From Patescibacteria group bacterium (GTDB lineage Bacteria > Patescibacteriota > Minisyncoccia > Phycocordibacterales > CAIZLB01): 55,107 nt of DNA. Positions 1 through 8,731 of the stretch are shown here, piece after piece; the stretch's first letter is position 1, and each line of letters opens with the position of its first letter. The notes under the pieces are model-generated. The model saw nothing but the letters and a program-made list of their open reading frames with translations, did no database searches and was not told the DNA's origin. The stretch spans positions 1-55,107 of the forward strand of contig JAZKJG010000004.1 of the NCBI GenBank assembly GCA_040384445.1, in the 5' to 3' direction. The position numbers were made by a program, and so were the translations under genes.

Positions 1-64
1 GGTGACAGGGAGTAAGTCGTAACAAGGCACGGCTAGCGGAAGCTGGTCGTGGATTTATTCAAGT
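1..64 (+). rRNA. rrs: 16S rRNA, 3'-terminal fragment (gene runs off left edge; mature 3' end approximate)
   Basis: AAGTCGTAACAAGG (universal 1492 region) lies at 14-27. The helix-45 stem-loop ACGGCTAGC/GGAA/GCTGGTCGT lies at 29-50. It is followed by GGATTTATTC where GGATCACCTCCTT is expected. Confidence 0.85.
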
Positions 65-344
65 GAAAATTGTTTTGTGTCCTCTTTAGGGAGGGTACAA
101 AATTTATAGCGGTCGTTCGTATTATTTATTTAATACACAAGATGTTGTCTTGTCGCATACAACACGAAGAAGTTCGTAAAACTTTGACACCTGGCAAAGA
201 CCGGTCAAACAGAACAAAATAATAGATTCAATTCTATAATCTGTAACAAGCGTATATCTGATGTACATTAATTCAATAGATTATTATATATAGAAAAGTA
301 AAAATAATAATTTTATATTTTATATATAATAATGTAAGTTAAAT

Positions 345-387
345 AAAAACTATCACAAATTAATGTGATAGTTTTTATTTTTTTTAA
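345..387 (+). terminator. Rho-independent terminator downstream of 16S
   Basis: AAAAACTATCACA (345-357) pairs with TGTGATAGTTTTT (364-376) around a 6-nt loop, followed by a T-run. Confidence 0.6.
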
Positions 388-425
388 TTTCAAGAATAAT
401 AAAGTTATACACAAAATTTAAATAG

Positions 426-452
426 TTGAAAGTTAAAATATTATGATATACT
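426..452 (+). promoter_or_regulatory. Candidate promoter of the surface-protein operon
   Basis: TTGAAA lies at 426-431 and an extended -10 TGaTATACT at 444-452. The spacer is only 15 nt. This would give a ~55-nt leader to the ATG at 514. Confidence 0.3.
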
Positions 453-513
453 AATTAGTATAAATTAGTAATTTAATATATTAATAATTTTTTAAAATAA
501 CACTACATACATA

Positions 514-1212
514 ATGAAAAATATAAACAGTACTTTACTAAGAAAATTAAACATCGGCTTCGCTTCAATAATGACTTTCTCGATTGCAGCAGGTCTGGGT
601 ACAACACAGTATGCACTTGCGTCTGCAACATCTAACTTCACTCAGGTTATCAATGCAGGTACTCTTACTGCAGACATTGTGGATGGATCATATGTAACTG
701 TTGCAAGTCCATCTTTTGCACTAGGAGCTGCGACATTTAGTTTTGCATGTCAAACAACAACTGGAACTTTTGGTACTGCATCACAGCAGATATATGTTAA
801 GAACCCAGATGCTGCTGATAACGGATGGACACTCAGTATTGCTGCCTCTGCTCCAACTGATGTGTGGGATGGTGCCGCATCAGACTTTGATTTTAATGAC
901 CCAACAACAGCAGGATGTACTGATGGAGGTGATGCCGACATCCTAAAAGGACAAATGACAATTAACCCTGCTGTAGGAACGCTTGCAGGTGGTGCTAGTT
1001 CAGCATCAACTACAAACATCACTAAAGGTTCATCAGGGGCATTTAACCAAGGAACTCTCGATGCGATCACAATTCTAACTGGAGCTTCTGGATCAAGTGA
1101 TATTGGAGACTGGACACTACAAGGTGTATCTATCAGTCAAACTATCCCTGCAGAACAAGCGGCAGCTTCTGACTATGATATTAGTCTAGTGCTAACAGCA
1201 ACAGCAAGTTAA
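514..1212 (+). CDS. Small secreted WxL-like surface protein (232 aa)
   Basis: The N-terminus is hydrophobic and signal-like. The motifs AGTLTADIV, IYVKNPDAADNGWTLSI and IGDWTLQG follow the WxL-domain pattern (G.L..., V.V.D....GW.L.V). It is clearly paralogous to the C-terminal ~185 aa of the 2409..6725 protein. Confidence 0.8.
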   Translation: MKNINSTLLRKLNIGFASIMTFSIAAGLGTTQYALASATSNFTQVINAGTLTADIVDGSYVTVASPSFALGAATFSFACQTTTGTFGTASQQIYVKNPDAADNGWTLSIAASAPTDVWDGAASDFDFNDPTTAGCTDGGDADILKGQMTINPAVGTLAGGASSASTTNITKGSSGAFNQGTLDAITILTGASGSSDIGDWTLQGVSISQTIPAEQAAASDYDISLVLTATAS

Positions 1213-1234
1213 TCACTGTCTGCTGAGAAATAAT

Positions 1235-2383
1235 ATGAAAAAAATAAATGTCTGCAAAATTCCGGTGAAAATATTTTTTATCGCATTAACACTTGTCTAT
1301 ACCTCTGTACCCTATGCTTCTCAAGCTGTAGAGTATGGAGGTTTTGGTGGTAAACCTGCATATCCTCGGGAAGATAACTCTAGAACAGAATCAATTTTTA
1401 TTCACACACTAGCGCCTGGTGCTGTGCAGAAAGATGGAGTACTTGTTGTTAACAACAGTACAACTCCAAAAACAGTGATCATATATGGGGCCGACTCAAC
1501 ACCTTCAACTGGAGGTGCGTTTGCGTGTAAGCAGTTCAGTGAGGAAAAAAAAGATGTAGGTACATGGATACAGTTGGCGAAATCAGAAATAACATTACAA
1601 CCCGGTACAAATCAAATTGTTCCTTTTACAATCTCTGTGCCTGAAAACGTTGGAGTTGGTGAGCATAATGGTTGTATTCTGATTCAAGAAAAAAAAGCAA
1701 AGGTTGAAGGTCAGGCTGGAGCAAGTATATCAATTCGTACAGGATTGAGAGTTGCTATTAAGGTTCCTGGAGAAATTGTTAGAAAACTTGAAGTCGTAGG
1801 GTTTACAGTTGATTCTGATAAGGGAAATTTTTTACTTAAACCTGCTGTAAAAAATACTGGTAATGTGTCTATTGATGCAAATATAATTGTTGAAACAAAA
1901 AATATTTTTGGTTCTGTTATTTTCTCACATGATGGTCAGTACCCAATATTACGAGGTGAAACTTCAGACTGGAACTTTGAACTCAAGAAGCCTTTCTGGG
2001 GAGGTTTATACCACTCTTCATTTGTAGTTGAGTACGATGAAAGTGTTGAGGCTGATGTTGGAGTAAAGACAGATAAAACACTCGTTCGAGTTGAGGGTGA
2101 TCCTACATGGTTCTTCAGTTTTCCAACATTCTCAGCATTGGTGATTGAGATTCTTATCCTTCTTGCGCTTGTATCTGGAGTATTTTTCTTAAAGTTATCA
2201 AAGAAACGAAAAAAGTGGATTAAGAAAACTTGGGTTTGGTATGAAATTAGTGCTGGAGATGATATTCAGACACTATCTAAGCATTTTGATGTGTCTTGGA
2301 AACTATTGGCTAAGGTGAATAAATTACAACCCCCATATGCACTTAAACAAGGAAATAAAATCAAAGTACCGGCGGGTAAATAA
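1235..2383 (+). CDS. DUF916/DUF3324-like (WxL-interacting type) surface protein with C-terminal TM anchor and LysM tail
   Basis: It has a signal peptide. The ectodomain pattern LAPGAVQKDGVLVVNNS...ITLQPGTNQIVPFTISVPENVGVGEHNGCILIQ fits this family. A TM segment (FSALVIEILILLALVSGVFFL) is followed by KKRKKWIKK. A LysM motif (YEISAGDDIQTLSKHFDVSWKLLAKVNKL...GNKIKVP) forms the tail. Confidence 0.8.
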   Translation: MKKINVCKIPVKIFFIALTLVYTSVPYASQAVEYGGFGGKPAYPREDNSRTESIFIHTLAPGAVQKDGVLVVNNSTTPKTVIIYGADSTPSTGGAFACKQFSEEKKDVGTWIQLAKSEITLQPGTNQIVPFTISVPENVGVGEHNGCILIQEKKAKVEGQAGASISIRTGLRVAIKVPGEIVRKLEVVGFTVDSDKGNFLLKPAVKNTGNVSIDANIIVETKNIFGSVIFSHDGQYPILRGETSDWNFELKKPFWGGLYHSSFVVEYDESVEADVGVKTDKTLVRVEGDPTWFFSFPTFSALVIEILILLALVSGVFFLKLSKKRKKWIKKTWVWYEISAGDDIQTLSKHFDVSWKLLAKVNKLQPPYALKQGNKIKVPAGK

Positions 2384-2408
2384 TAAAAAATTACCGTCGA
2401 AACCATAC

Positions 2409-5400
2409 ATGTATATACAATTGTGTCAGAGTCTTTTTAAGAAGTCTTCTGCGCTGCTTGTTATTTTCATGTTGATTTTTAGTCCTTGGATAGAGGTGTT
2501 GGATAATCCATATTTTTCAACAGTTGTAAAAAAGGCACACGCAGATACGACAGGTGCAAAGTTTCCAACTTTAGGTGAATCTGTGTCTGAGACTCCGTGG
2601 TTATCTGATACATGGGTAACACCAACTAACATATACAGTGATAACGCTGCTACTGCAAACATTATTGCTGCATCTTTTGACTCACCAGATCAATCATATG
2701 TTTTAAAGGCTACCGGATTTGACTTTAGTGCTATCCCAGATGGTTCCACTATACAAGGTATAACTATTAGCACCAATGCCTTTTATAGAACAGGACAAGG
2801 ATCTGGATCTCTAAGTCTTTGTCAGCTACTAAACACTTCAAAAGCAAAAGTGGGAACAAACTTGTGTGCCACACCCACGGCTTTAACGACAACAAACACC
2901 ACTATTATCACGAAGGGAGGTGCTACAGAATTGTGGGGCAATGGACTTACTGCAGCATGGGTAAAAAGTGCTAACTTTGGAGTCGCGCTCGGAGTAACTG
3001 CAACTGCAGCAAACGCCGATGTTGATATTGACTACGTAACGGTTGAAGTCCACTATACTCCTCCTGCAAATGTAACCATTGCATCTTCTCAAGGACAGCC
3101 AGCATATGTAGTTGCTTCTTCAAACGATGTGATTCTGGGTGCATCTTCAATTGTTGGATCGTTGGGTGGAGGTCATAGTGTGACTGCTATAACTTTAAAA
3201 GAAAACTCAGGAACCATAGATGCAAGTTCAGAAATGTCTGATATTGAACTGTGGCTTTCAGATGATCAGACGTGGGATGTAGGTGATAATCAGTTGGGTA
3301 CAACTCAAAATTTTTCAGGAGTCGATGGAGAAATAACATTCACTGAAACTTTTAGTATTGCTACCACACCGAAGTATTTGATTGTACGAGGAGATATTAA
3401 TTCCTTTGCTGATATTGGTGATACTGCTGAAATACAGGTTAAAACTATTACAACAGGAGATGCTGTCTTTGGTGCACCGCTTGAAATATCTGGAACTACA
3501 GCAGTTTGGAATAAGAAAAAAGAATTAGTTTTTGATAACTCAGGTCAAGCAGAAAACCTGACAGATTTCCCTGTGCTTGTAAAATTGGATACGAGCAGAA
3601 TTACATATGGAGATGTTGGTAAAGTTGATGGTACTGATTTGCGATTTGTGGATTCAGACACTTTAGCAGAGTTGGATTATGAAATAGAAAAATGGGATTC
3701 AGCAGGAAATAGTTATATATGGGTTAAAGTTCCTCAGATAGATGCCTCATCTTCAGGAGATAGTATTTGGATGTTTTATGGAAATGCAGGGGCTTCTGAT
3801 GGGCAAGATGTGACTAACGTATGGTCAAATAACTACCAGGCGGTGTATCATTTTAATGAAACAACAGGGTCATACCTCGACTCTACTGCAAACAATCATG
3901 ACAGTGATGTTGTAAGTGTTACATCTCGAGCCGCATCTAAGTTCGGAAATGCGGTTCTGTTTGATGGGGTGGATGACTATATTACGATTCCTGACTCTAC
4001 AGGTTTTGATATTACCAACTGGACAATTACTTCATGGATAAATAAAAATGGAACAGGAATTGCTGCAAACACTGGATCTGGAGGAGACTTTTTTTACCCT
4101 CTTGTAACAAAAGGAATGGCAGAAGCTGAATCAGATGCTGCGGATATTACCTTCATGACAGGTATTGATAGTGATTATAATAAAATGGGTGTTGATTTTG
4201 AAAACAATACAGGAGGAGGTAACAACCCTCTTCCTGTAACTCCTGCCAGTCAAGGTACAACTGTTTCTAACGGTACCTGGTATCAATATGATGCACGAGT
4301 TGATACTACTGGAAATACGTTGAAAGTATACATGAATGGTGTCGAGGATTCTTCTAGAACAATTACGGATACTCCTAACCAGGCAAACTCAGTGAAGGTG
4401 GCTATTGGAGCAGGTTCTAAAACAACTGGAATTCCTGCTCTCCCGGCAGATAGAGGAGCATTCAATGGATATGTTGATGAGGTTATAATTTCAAGAGTAA
4501 CAAGATCTGCAGCTTGGATCAAAGCATCATATTTATCGATGAATGATACATTCATCACATGGCCAGGAGCACTTACGATGTCGAGTGCTGCAAATCAAAC
4601 ATTTACTGAAAATGACGCACCTACATCTATTTCTACTATAAGTATTACTGATGGAGCAACACCTTCAGTGACTGCGGCAAACAACATTAGAATACGAATT
4701 CCTTCAGGTTTTAACATGACATGGGATACGAGTGATACTACAGCAAATATAGGTGGTACAAACTGGAGTAAAACCGGAGCAGGTTCATCAGGTGCAACGG
4801 TGACTGTAACATATGAGGATAGTGGAAGAACTGTTGTTGTTCCTGTTACAAGTGATTTTACTGCAAGTAATGACATCACTGTGTATGGACTTTCTTTCTC
4901 AAACTTTACGGATGTATCATCGGCTGATAATTTGGAGCTTGTACTTTCGGGTGCAGGTGGTGGAGTGTCTGTATATGACACAAAAACAATAGAAGTTTTG
5001 TTTCAACCGTATCAGATACTCGTAGCTCTTGCGTCAAAAATAAATCAAGTATTTAACACAGGTGATGCAACGACACTTATTTCTCCATTGACAATGACTG
5101 CATCAACAACTAATCCTATTACGACAGGTGATGACATTCGTATAAAAATCCCTTCAGGTTTTAATATGACCTGGGATGATGCAGATACTGCAGCCACTGT
5201 TAAAGTTGCACCCACATTATCTGAGTACACAAGTGTGTATCTGACAAATGATTTGCCTACAATTACATTGGATAACTCAGGGGTAGCATACAATGCTTTA
5301 ACAGATACACTATTTTTTATCACCAATGGTACTCCAACCATATATGAATTTCAAAAAGATGGAACGTACCTAAGAACAATTACAATGTCAGGATTTATCG

Positions 5401-6725
5401 ATACTGAAGGTATTGAGTGGATGTATGGAACAACATATGCAGTGACAGAAGAAAGAAGTCCGTACGATATTATTACATTCACCATGAACGCATCAACTAC
5501 TTCAGTTACAAAAGCTGGAGGTACATCAGTTAATCCTGGTATATCTGTGGGTACAAACTTGGGTATGGAGGGAATTACGTATGACGCAGCAAACAACTGG
5601 TTTTATGTAGTGGTTGAAAAACAAGCAAATAGCTCAGACGGAGGACGTGTGTTTAAGGTGCTACTTGATGGAACAGCGACAGAATTAACTGCACTTGGAG
5701 CATCGTTATCAGCTATGGGTATTACTGATCTTGCAGACTTGTCTTATAGTGAGGTTTCAGGACATTTGTTTCTGCTGTCACAGGAAAATAGTGTGATTAT
5801 TGAAGCAAAGACAGATGGTACTATTATTAGAACAAGGGCAGTGGATACGGGGACGTTTGCACAGGTTGAAGGGTTGGATTTTTCACCGGATGGTAACTCA
5901 ATGTTTATTGCTGGTGAGGTGGATGACTATCAACATTTGACTAGACCTTCAAACAAGGTGTCTCAAACTGTGAGTTATGAAAACTCAAATAAAACGCTCG
6001 TTGTAAATGTAACAAACAACTTTACAGGTGAAGAGGTTGTTTCTATTGCAGATTTGTCATTTGAAAACTTTAGTGCAGGATCTGCTGCAGACAATCTAGA
6101 GTTGGTTCTTGCAGGAGTTGGTGGTGCAACTGTTGCATATGATAGTAAAACTATTGAAATTAATGGCCTTTTGGTTTCTGCTGATATTGTTGATGCGAGC
6201 TTCGTTTCAGTTTCAAATCCTGCTATTGCAATGAGTACAACAACGTTTGGTTTTTCGTGTCAAACAATTACAGGTACATTTGGTACACCTACGCAGCAAA
6301 TTTATGTAAACAATAATGACAGTGCGGATGCGGGATGGACACTAACATTAGCAGCACTTTCAAACACTGATGTGTGGGATAGTTCAGGGATAGATTATGA
6401 TTTTAACGACGCAACGGGTTCGGGATGTACTGATGGTGGTGATGCAGATACACTTGGTGGGCAGATGACTGTTAATCCTGTTGCGGGTACTTTGAGTGTA
6501 GGTGAATGTGTTGGATGTACAGCTAGTGAAATTACAAAAGGATCTTCTGCCGCATATAGTCAGGGTTCTGTAGACACTATCACTCTTTTGTCTGCAGCCG
6601 CAGCGTCAGATGATATAGGAGACTGGACTCTACAGGGTATAGCAATTTCACAAAAAATCCCTGCAAACCAACCAGCTGCAAGTGATTACAATGTAGATAT
6701 GGTTCTTACTGTAACTGCAAACTAA
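2409..6725 (+). CDS. Giant multidomain surface protein (1438 aa): DUF2341 + LamG + repeated module + SdiA-regulated/YjiK-like beta-propeller + C-terminal WxL-like domain
   Basis: The ORF is open from 2337. I prefer the ATG at 2409, just before the TM/signal segment ALLVIFMLIFSPW. The DUF2341 pattern is FPVLVKLD...DLRFVDSD...LDYEIEKWD...IWVKVPQI...IWMFYGN. The LamG pattern is LFDGVDDYITIP...GYVDEVIISRV. The C-terminal 185 aa are paralogous to 514..1212. Confidence 0.9.
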   Translation: MYIQLCQSLFKKSSALLVIFMLIFSPWIEVLDNPYFSTVVKKAHADTTGAKFPTLGESVSETPWLSDTWVTPTNIYSDNAATANIIAASFDSPDQSYVLKATGFDFSAIPDGSTIQGITISTNAFYRTGQGSGSLSLCQLLNTSKAKVGTNLCATPTALTTTNTTIITKGGATELWGNGLTAAWVKSANFGVALGVTATAANADVDIDYVTVEVHYTPPANVTIASSQGQPAYVVASSNDVILGASSIVGSLGGGHSVTAITLKENSGTIDASSEMSDIELWLSDDQTWDVGDNQLGTTQNFSGVDGEITFTETFSIATTPKYLIVRGDINSFADIGDTAEIQVKTITTGDAVFGAPLEISGTTAVWNKKKELVFDNSGQAENLTDFPVLVKLDTSRITYGDVGKVDGTDLRFVDSDTLAELDYEIEKWDSAGNSYIWVKVPQIDASSSGDSIWMFYGNAGASDGQDVTNVWSNNYQAVYHFNETTGSYLDSTANNHDSDVVSVTSRAASKFGNAVLFDGVDDYITIPDSTGFDITNWTITSWINKNGTGIAANTGSGGDFFYPLVTKGMAEAESDAADITFMTGIDSDYNKMGVDFENNTGGGNNPLPVTPASQGTTVSNGTWYQYDARVDTTGNTLKVYMNGVEDSSRTITDTPNQANSVKVAIGAGSKTTGIPALPADRGAFNGYVDEVIISRVTRSAAWIKASYLSMNDTFITWPGALTMSSAANQTFTENDAPTSISTISITDGATPSVTAANNIRIRIPSGFNMTWDTSDTTANIGGTNWSKTGAGSSGATVTVTYEDSGRTVVVPVTSDFTASNDITVYGLSFSNFTDVSSADNLELVLSGAGGGVSVYDTKTIEVLFQPYQILVALASKINQVFNTGDATTLISPLTMTASTTNPITTGDDIRIKIPSGFNMTWDDADTAATVKVAPTLSEYTSVYLTNDLPTITLDNSGVAYNALTDTLFFITNGTPTIYEFQKDGTYLRTITMSGFIDTEGIEWMYGTTYAVTEERSPYDIITFTMNASTTSVTKAGGTSVNPGISVGTNLGMEGITYDAANNWFYVVVEKQANSSDGGRVFKVLLDGTATELTALGASLSAMGITDLADLSYSEVSGHLFLLSQENSVIIEAKTDGTIIRTRAVDTGTFAQVEGLDFSPDGNSMFIAGEVDDYQHLTRPSNKVSQTVSYENSNKTLVVNVTNNFTGEEVVSIADLSFENFSAGSAADNLELVLAGVGGATVAYDSKTIEINGLLVSADIVDASFVSVSNPAIAMSTTTFGFSCQTITGTFGTPTQQIYVNNNDSADAGWTLTLAALSNTDVWDSSGIDYDFNDATGSGCTDGGDADTLGGQMTVNPVAGTLSVGECVGCTASEITKGSSAAYSQGSVDTITLLSAAAASDDIGDWTLQGIAISQKIPANQPAASDYNVDMVLTVTAN

Positions 6726-6735
6726 AATTATTGAC

Positions 6736-7782
6736 ATGAATGTATTTCAGTATTTTAAAAAAATAAACTACCGTCGAGGTATAATCGCATGCAGCCTTGC
6801 ATGCGTGCTTATTTTTGCTGAAAATATAACCGCTGCACAGGGTACAGCAAACCTAAGGATTCAAATTTTTCCGGTGCCTCAGTGTTCTGATCTTGGGGAT
6901 AATGATGCTGATGGAGATATTGATTTTCCAGATGATATGAATTGTTCTTCGCCTACAGACAATACTGAAAGTGATTATGTGGAGGTTCCTGGGACGACAA
7001 CCCTCGTCATGAGTGGTAGTAATTATACTGTAGGGTCGGCACCTTTGCCTGTAACCCTGGTTATATTTTCAGGAGTAGCCTACCCAAATAGTACAGTTAC
7101 ATTTCTTAAAGATGCTCAAGTGGTGGCGGTAACTACTGCGGCCGATGATGGAAGTTTTCAATTGAGCCTAACAGGGTTTTCTCATGGTAATTATAATTTT
7201 GGTACGTATTCGGTGGATGCTGATGGTAACAGATCGTCATTGTTTACGATTCCAGTTAGTGTAGTTTCTGGAGCTACAACAAATGTAAGTGATATCTTTA
7301 TAGCACCAACTCTTGTAATAGATAAAACCCAGTTAAAAAAAGGTGATTCACTCACTATTTCTGGTCAAAGTGCGCCTCTATCTAATATTTCAATTTCGAT
7401 AAAATCAGATAGTGAAATTATTCTCAACACAAAGTCTGATAGTCTCGGAATGTATAGCTATCAAATAAATACGTCATTATTAAGAGAGGGCTTATATTCT
7501 ATTACTACTAAAATAATTAGAGAAGATCAGTTGATGAGCTTGATATCTCGGCAAGTTGAATTTGCACTGGGTACAAAAAGTTCTTTATTGAATGCTGTAG
7601 ATAACAGTGAATGTCCATCAAGAATTGATAGGAATGGTGATTGTCGTGTAAACATTATTGATTTCTTTATTAAGTTGTACTGGTACCAGAAAGCTTCTCC
7701 TCCTAAAGCTGTAGATTTAAACAATGATGGAAAAGTTGATCTCACAGACTTTTCAATCATGGCTTTTTATTGGACTGGTTAA
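6736..7782 (+). CDS. Secreted protein with Ig-like repeats and a C-terminal type I dockerin
   Basis: It has a signal peptide. Two canonical Ca-binding dockerin segments are present: DRNGDCRVNIIDF and DLNNDGKVDLTDF (about 7624-7775). Confidence 0.85.
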   Translation: MNVFQYFKKINYRRGIIACSLACVLIFAENITAAQGTANLRIQIFPVPQCSDLGDNDADGDIDFPDDMNCSSPTDNTESDYVEVPGTTTLVMSGSNYTVGSAPLPVTLVIFSGVAYPNSTVTFLKDAQVVAVTTAADDGSFQLSLTGFSHGNYNFGTYSVDADGNRSSLFTIPVSVVSGATTNVSDIFIAPTLVIDKTQLKKGDSLTISGQSAPLSNISISIKSDSEIILNTKSDSLGMYSYQINTSLLREGLYSITTKIIREDQLMSLISRQVEFALGTKSSLLNAVDNSECPSRIDRNGDCRVNIIDFFIKLYWYQKASPPKAVDLNNDGKVDLTDFSIMAFYWTG

Positions 7783-7795
7783 TTTACAAAAAATC

Positions 7796-8668
7796 ATGAT
7801 AAAAAATATCAACATAAAATCCTTTTTAATAATATTATTTGCTTGTGCTGTAACATGTCCTAGTACTGTGTTTTCTGCACAGGTATTATTTGATATTAGA
7901 GATAAAGATGTTCATACCAACGAGTTGTTTGAAATGGGTATATTTTTAAATACAAAGCAGGCAGACTTGAATGCAATTGAAGCGGAGATTACTTTTCCGT
8001 CTGACTTGGTTGAAATTAAAAAAATCAATACAAGCAGTTCAATTGTTAATTTATGGATTGAACAACCAAAACACATAAATAATAAAATTACACTCTCTGG
8101 AATTATGCCGGGAGGATATAATGGTGAACAAGGATTAATCGGAACAGTAACATTCTTGGCTAAGAAGGATGGGATGGGAAGTGTGTTCTTTAATAAAATT
8201 AAAGTACTACAAAATGATGGAAAAGGTACAGCAGCAATCGTAACACCATCAAGTGTGAGCTTTAATGTAAAGAAATTAATCGGAACACCTGCACCTCTTG
8301 AGGTTATACAGGATCGTGAACCTCCAGAAGATTTCACTCCATATTTAGTGCAGGACCAAGATATTTTTGAAGGGAAGTGGTTTCTTGTTTTTACAACCCA
8401 GGATAAAAGTTCAGGCATAAAACACTATGAAGTTAAGGAGGGTAAAAACCCATTCGTTATTGCAACTAGTCCATATCTTTTAGAAAACCAAGACTTGCAT
8501 AAAAATATTACAATAAAGGCTGTGGATGAAAATGGAAACGAAAGGGTTGTAATAATTCCTGCAGAAGAATCTGTAAATATGCGTACCTTATCTATAATTG
8601 GTATCCTTACTGTAGTCTTTGTTCTGTACAGAATACTGTGGAAAAAATACAAAAAACCTATTATATAG
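7796..8668 (+). CDS. Cohesin-domain protein with C-terminal TM anchor (290 aa)
   Basis: The ATG at 7796 precedes a signal peptide (the ORF-track start at 7724 overlaps the upstream gene). The cohesin-like pattern is FEMGIFLNTKQADLNAIEAEITFPSDLVEI...IVNLWIEQP...ITLSGIMPGGYNGEQGLIGTVTFLAKKDG. The TM segment LSIIGILTVVFVLYRILW is followed by KKYKK. Confidence 0.8.
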   Translation: MIKNINIKSFLIILFACAVTCPSTVFSAQVLFDIRDKDVHTNELFEMGIFLNTKQADLNAIEAEITFPSDLVEIKKINTSSSIVNLWIEQPKHINNKITLSGIMPGGYNGEQGLIGTVTFLAKKDGMGSVFFNKIKVLQNDGKGTAAIVTPSSVSFNVKKLIGTPAPLEVIQDREPPEDFTPYLVQDQDIFEGKWFLVFTTQDKSSGIKHYEVKEGKNPFVIATSPYLLENQDLHKNITIKAVDENGNERVVIIPAEESVNMRTLSIIGILTVVFVLYRILWKKYKKPII

Positions 8669-8703
8669 CTATAAACTAAAGGGAGGTTGAACATGGGGAT
8701 TTA

Positions 8704-8731
8704 TTGCATATTTGACCTTTTTATGTATAAT
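8704..8731 (+). promoter_or_regulatory. Candidate promoter for tRNA-Ile
   Basis: TTGCAT lies at 8704-8709, then a 16-nt spacer, then TATAAT at 8726-8731. Confidence 0.4.

Noticed and set aside
81-84. CCTC downstream of the 16S as a displaced anti-SD
   Set aside because: It lies ~20 nt beyond the expected mature 3' end and is fully paired in the 73-102 hairpin. I kept it as a caveat in the anti-SD finding rather than as a feature.
2337-2408. ORF-track start of the giant gene at 2337, overlapping the LysM tail of the upstream gene
   Set aside because: The in-frame ATG at 2409 directly precedes the hydrophobic signal/TM segment and removes the 47-nt overlap. The same logic was applied to 7724, 8926, 13063, 21206, 21942, 22621, 29956, 36376, 40457, 44161, 49869 and 49989.
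743-5596. Short ORFs inside or antisense to the surface-protein genes (743..946, 750..1070, 2426..2662, 2883..3092, 4283..4558, 4595..4981, 5045..5341, 5351..5596 and similar ones elsewhere)
   Set aside because: They are embedded in long ORFs that have clear domain content. Their composition is typical of out-of-frame or antisense translation, and none has an independent promoter or terminator.
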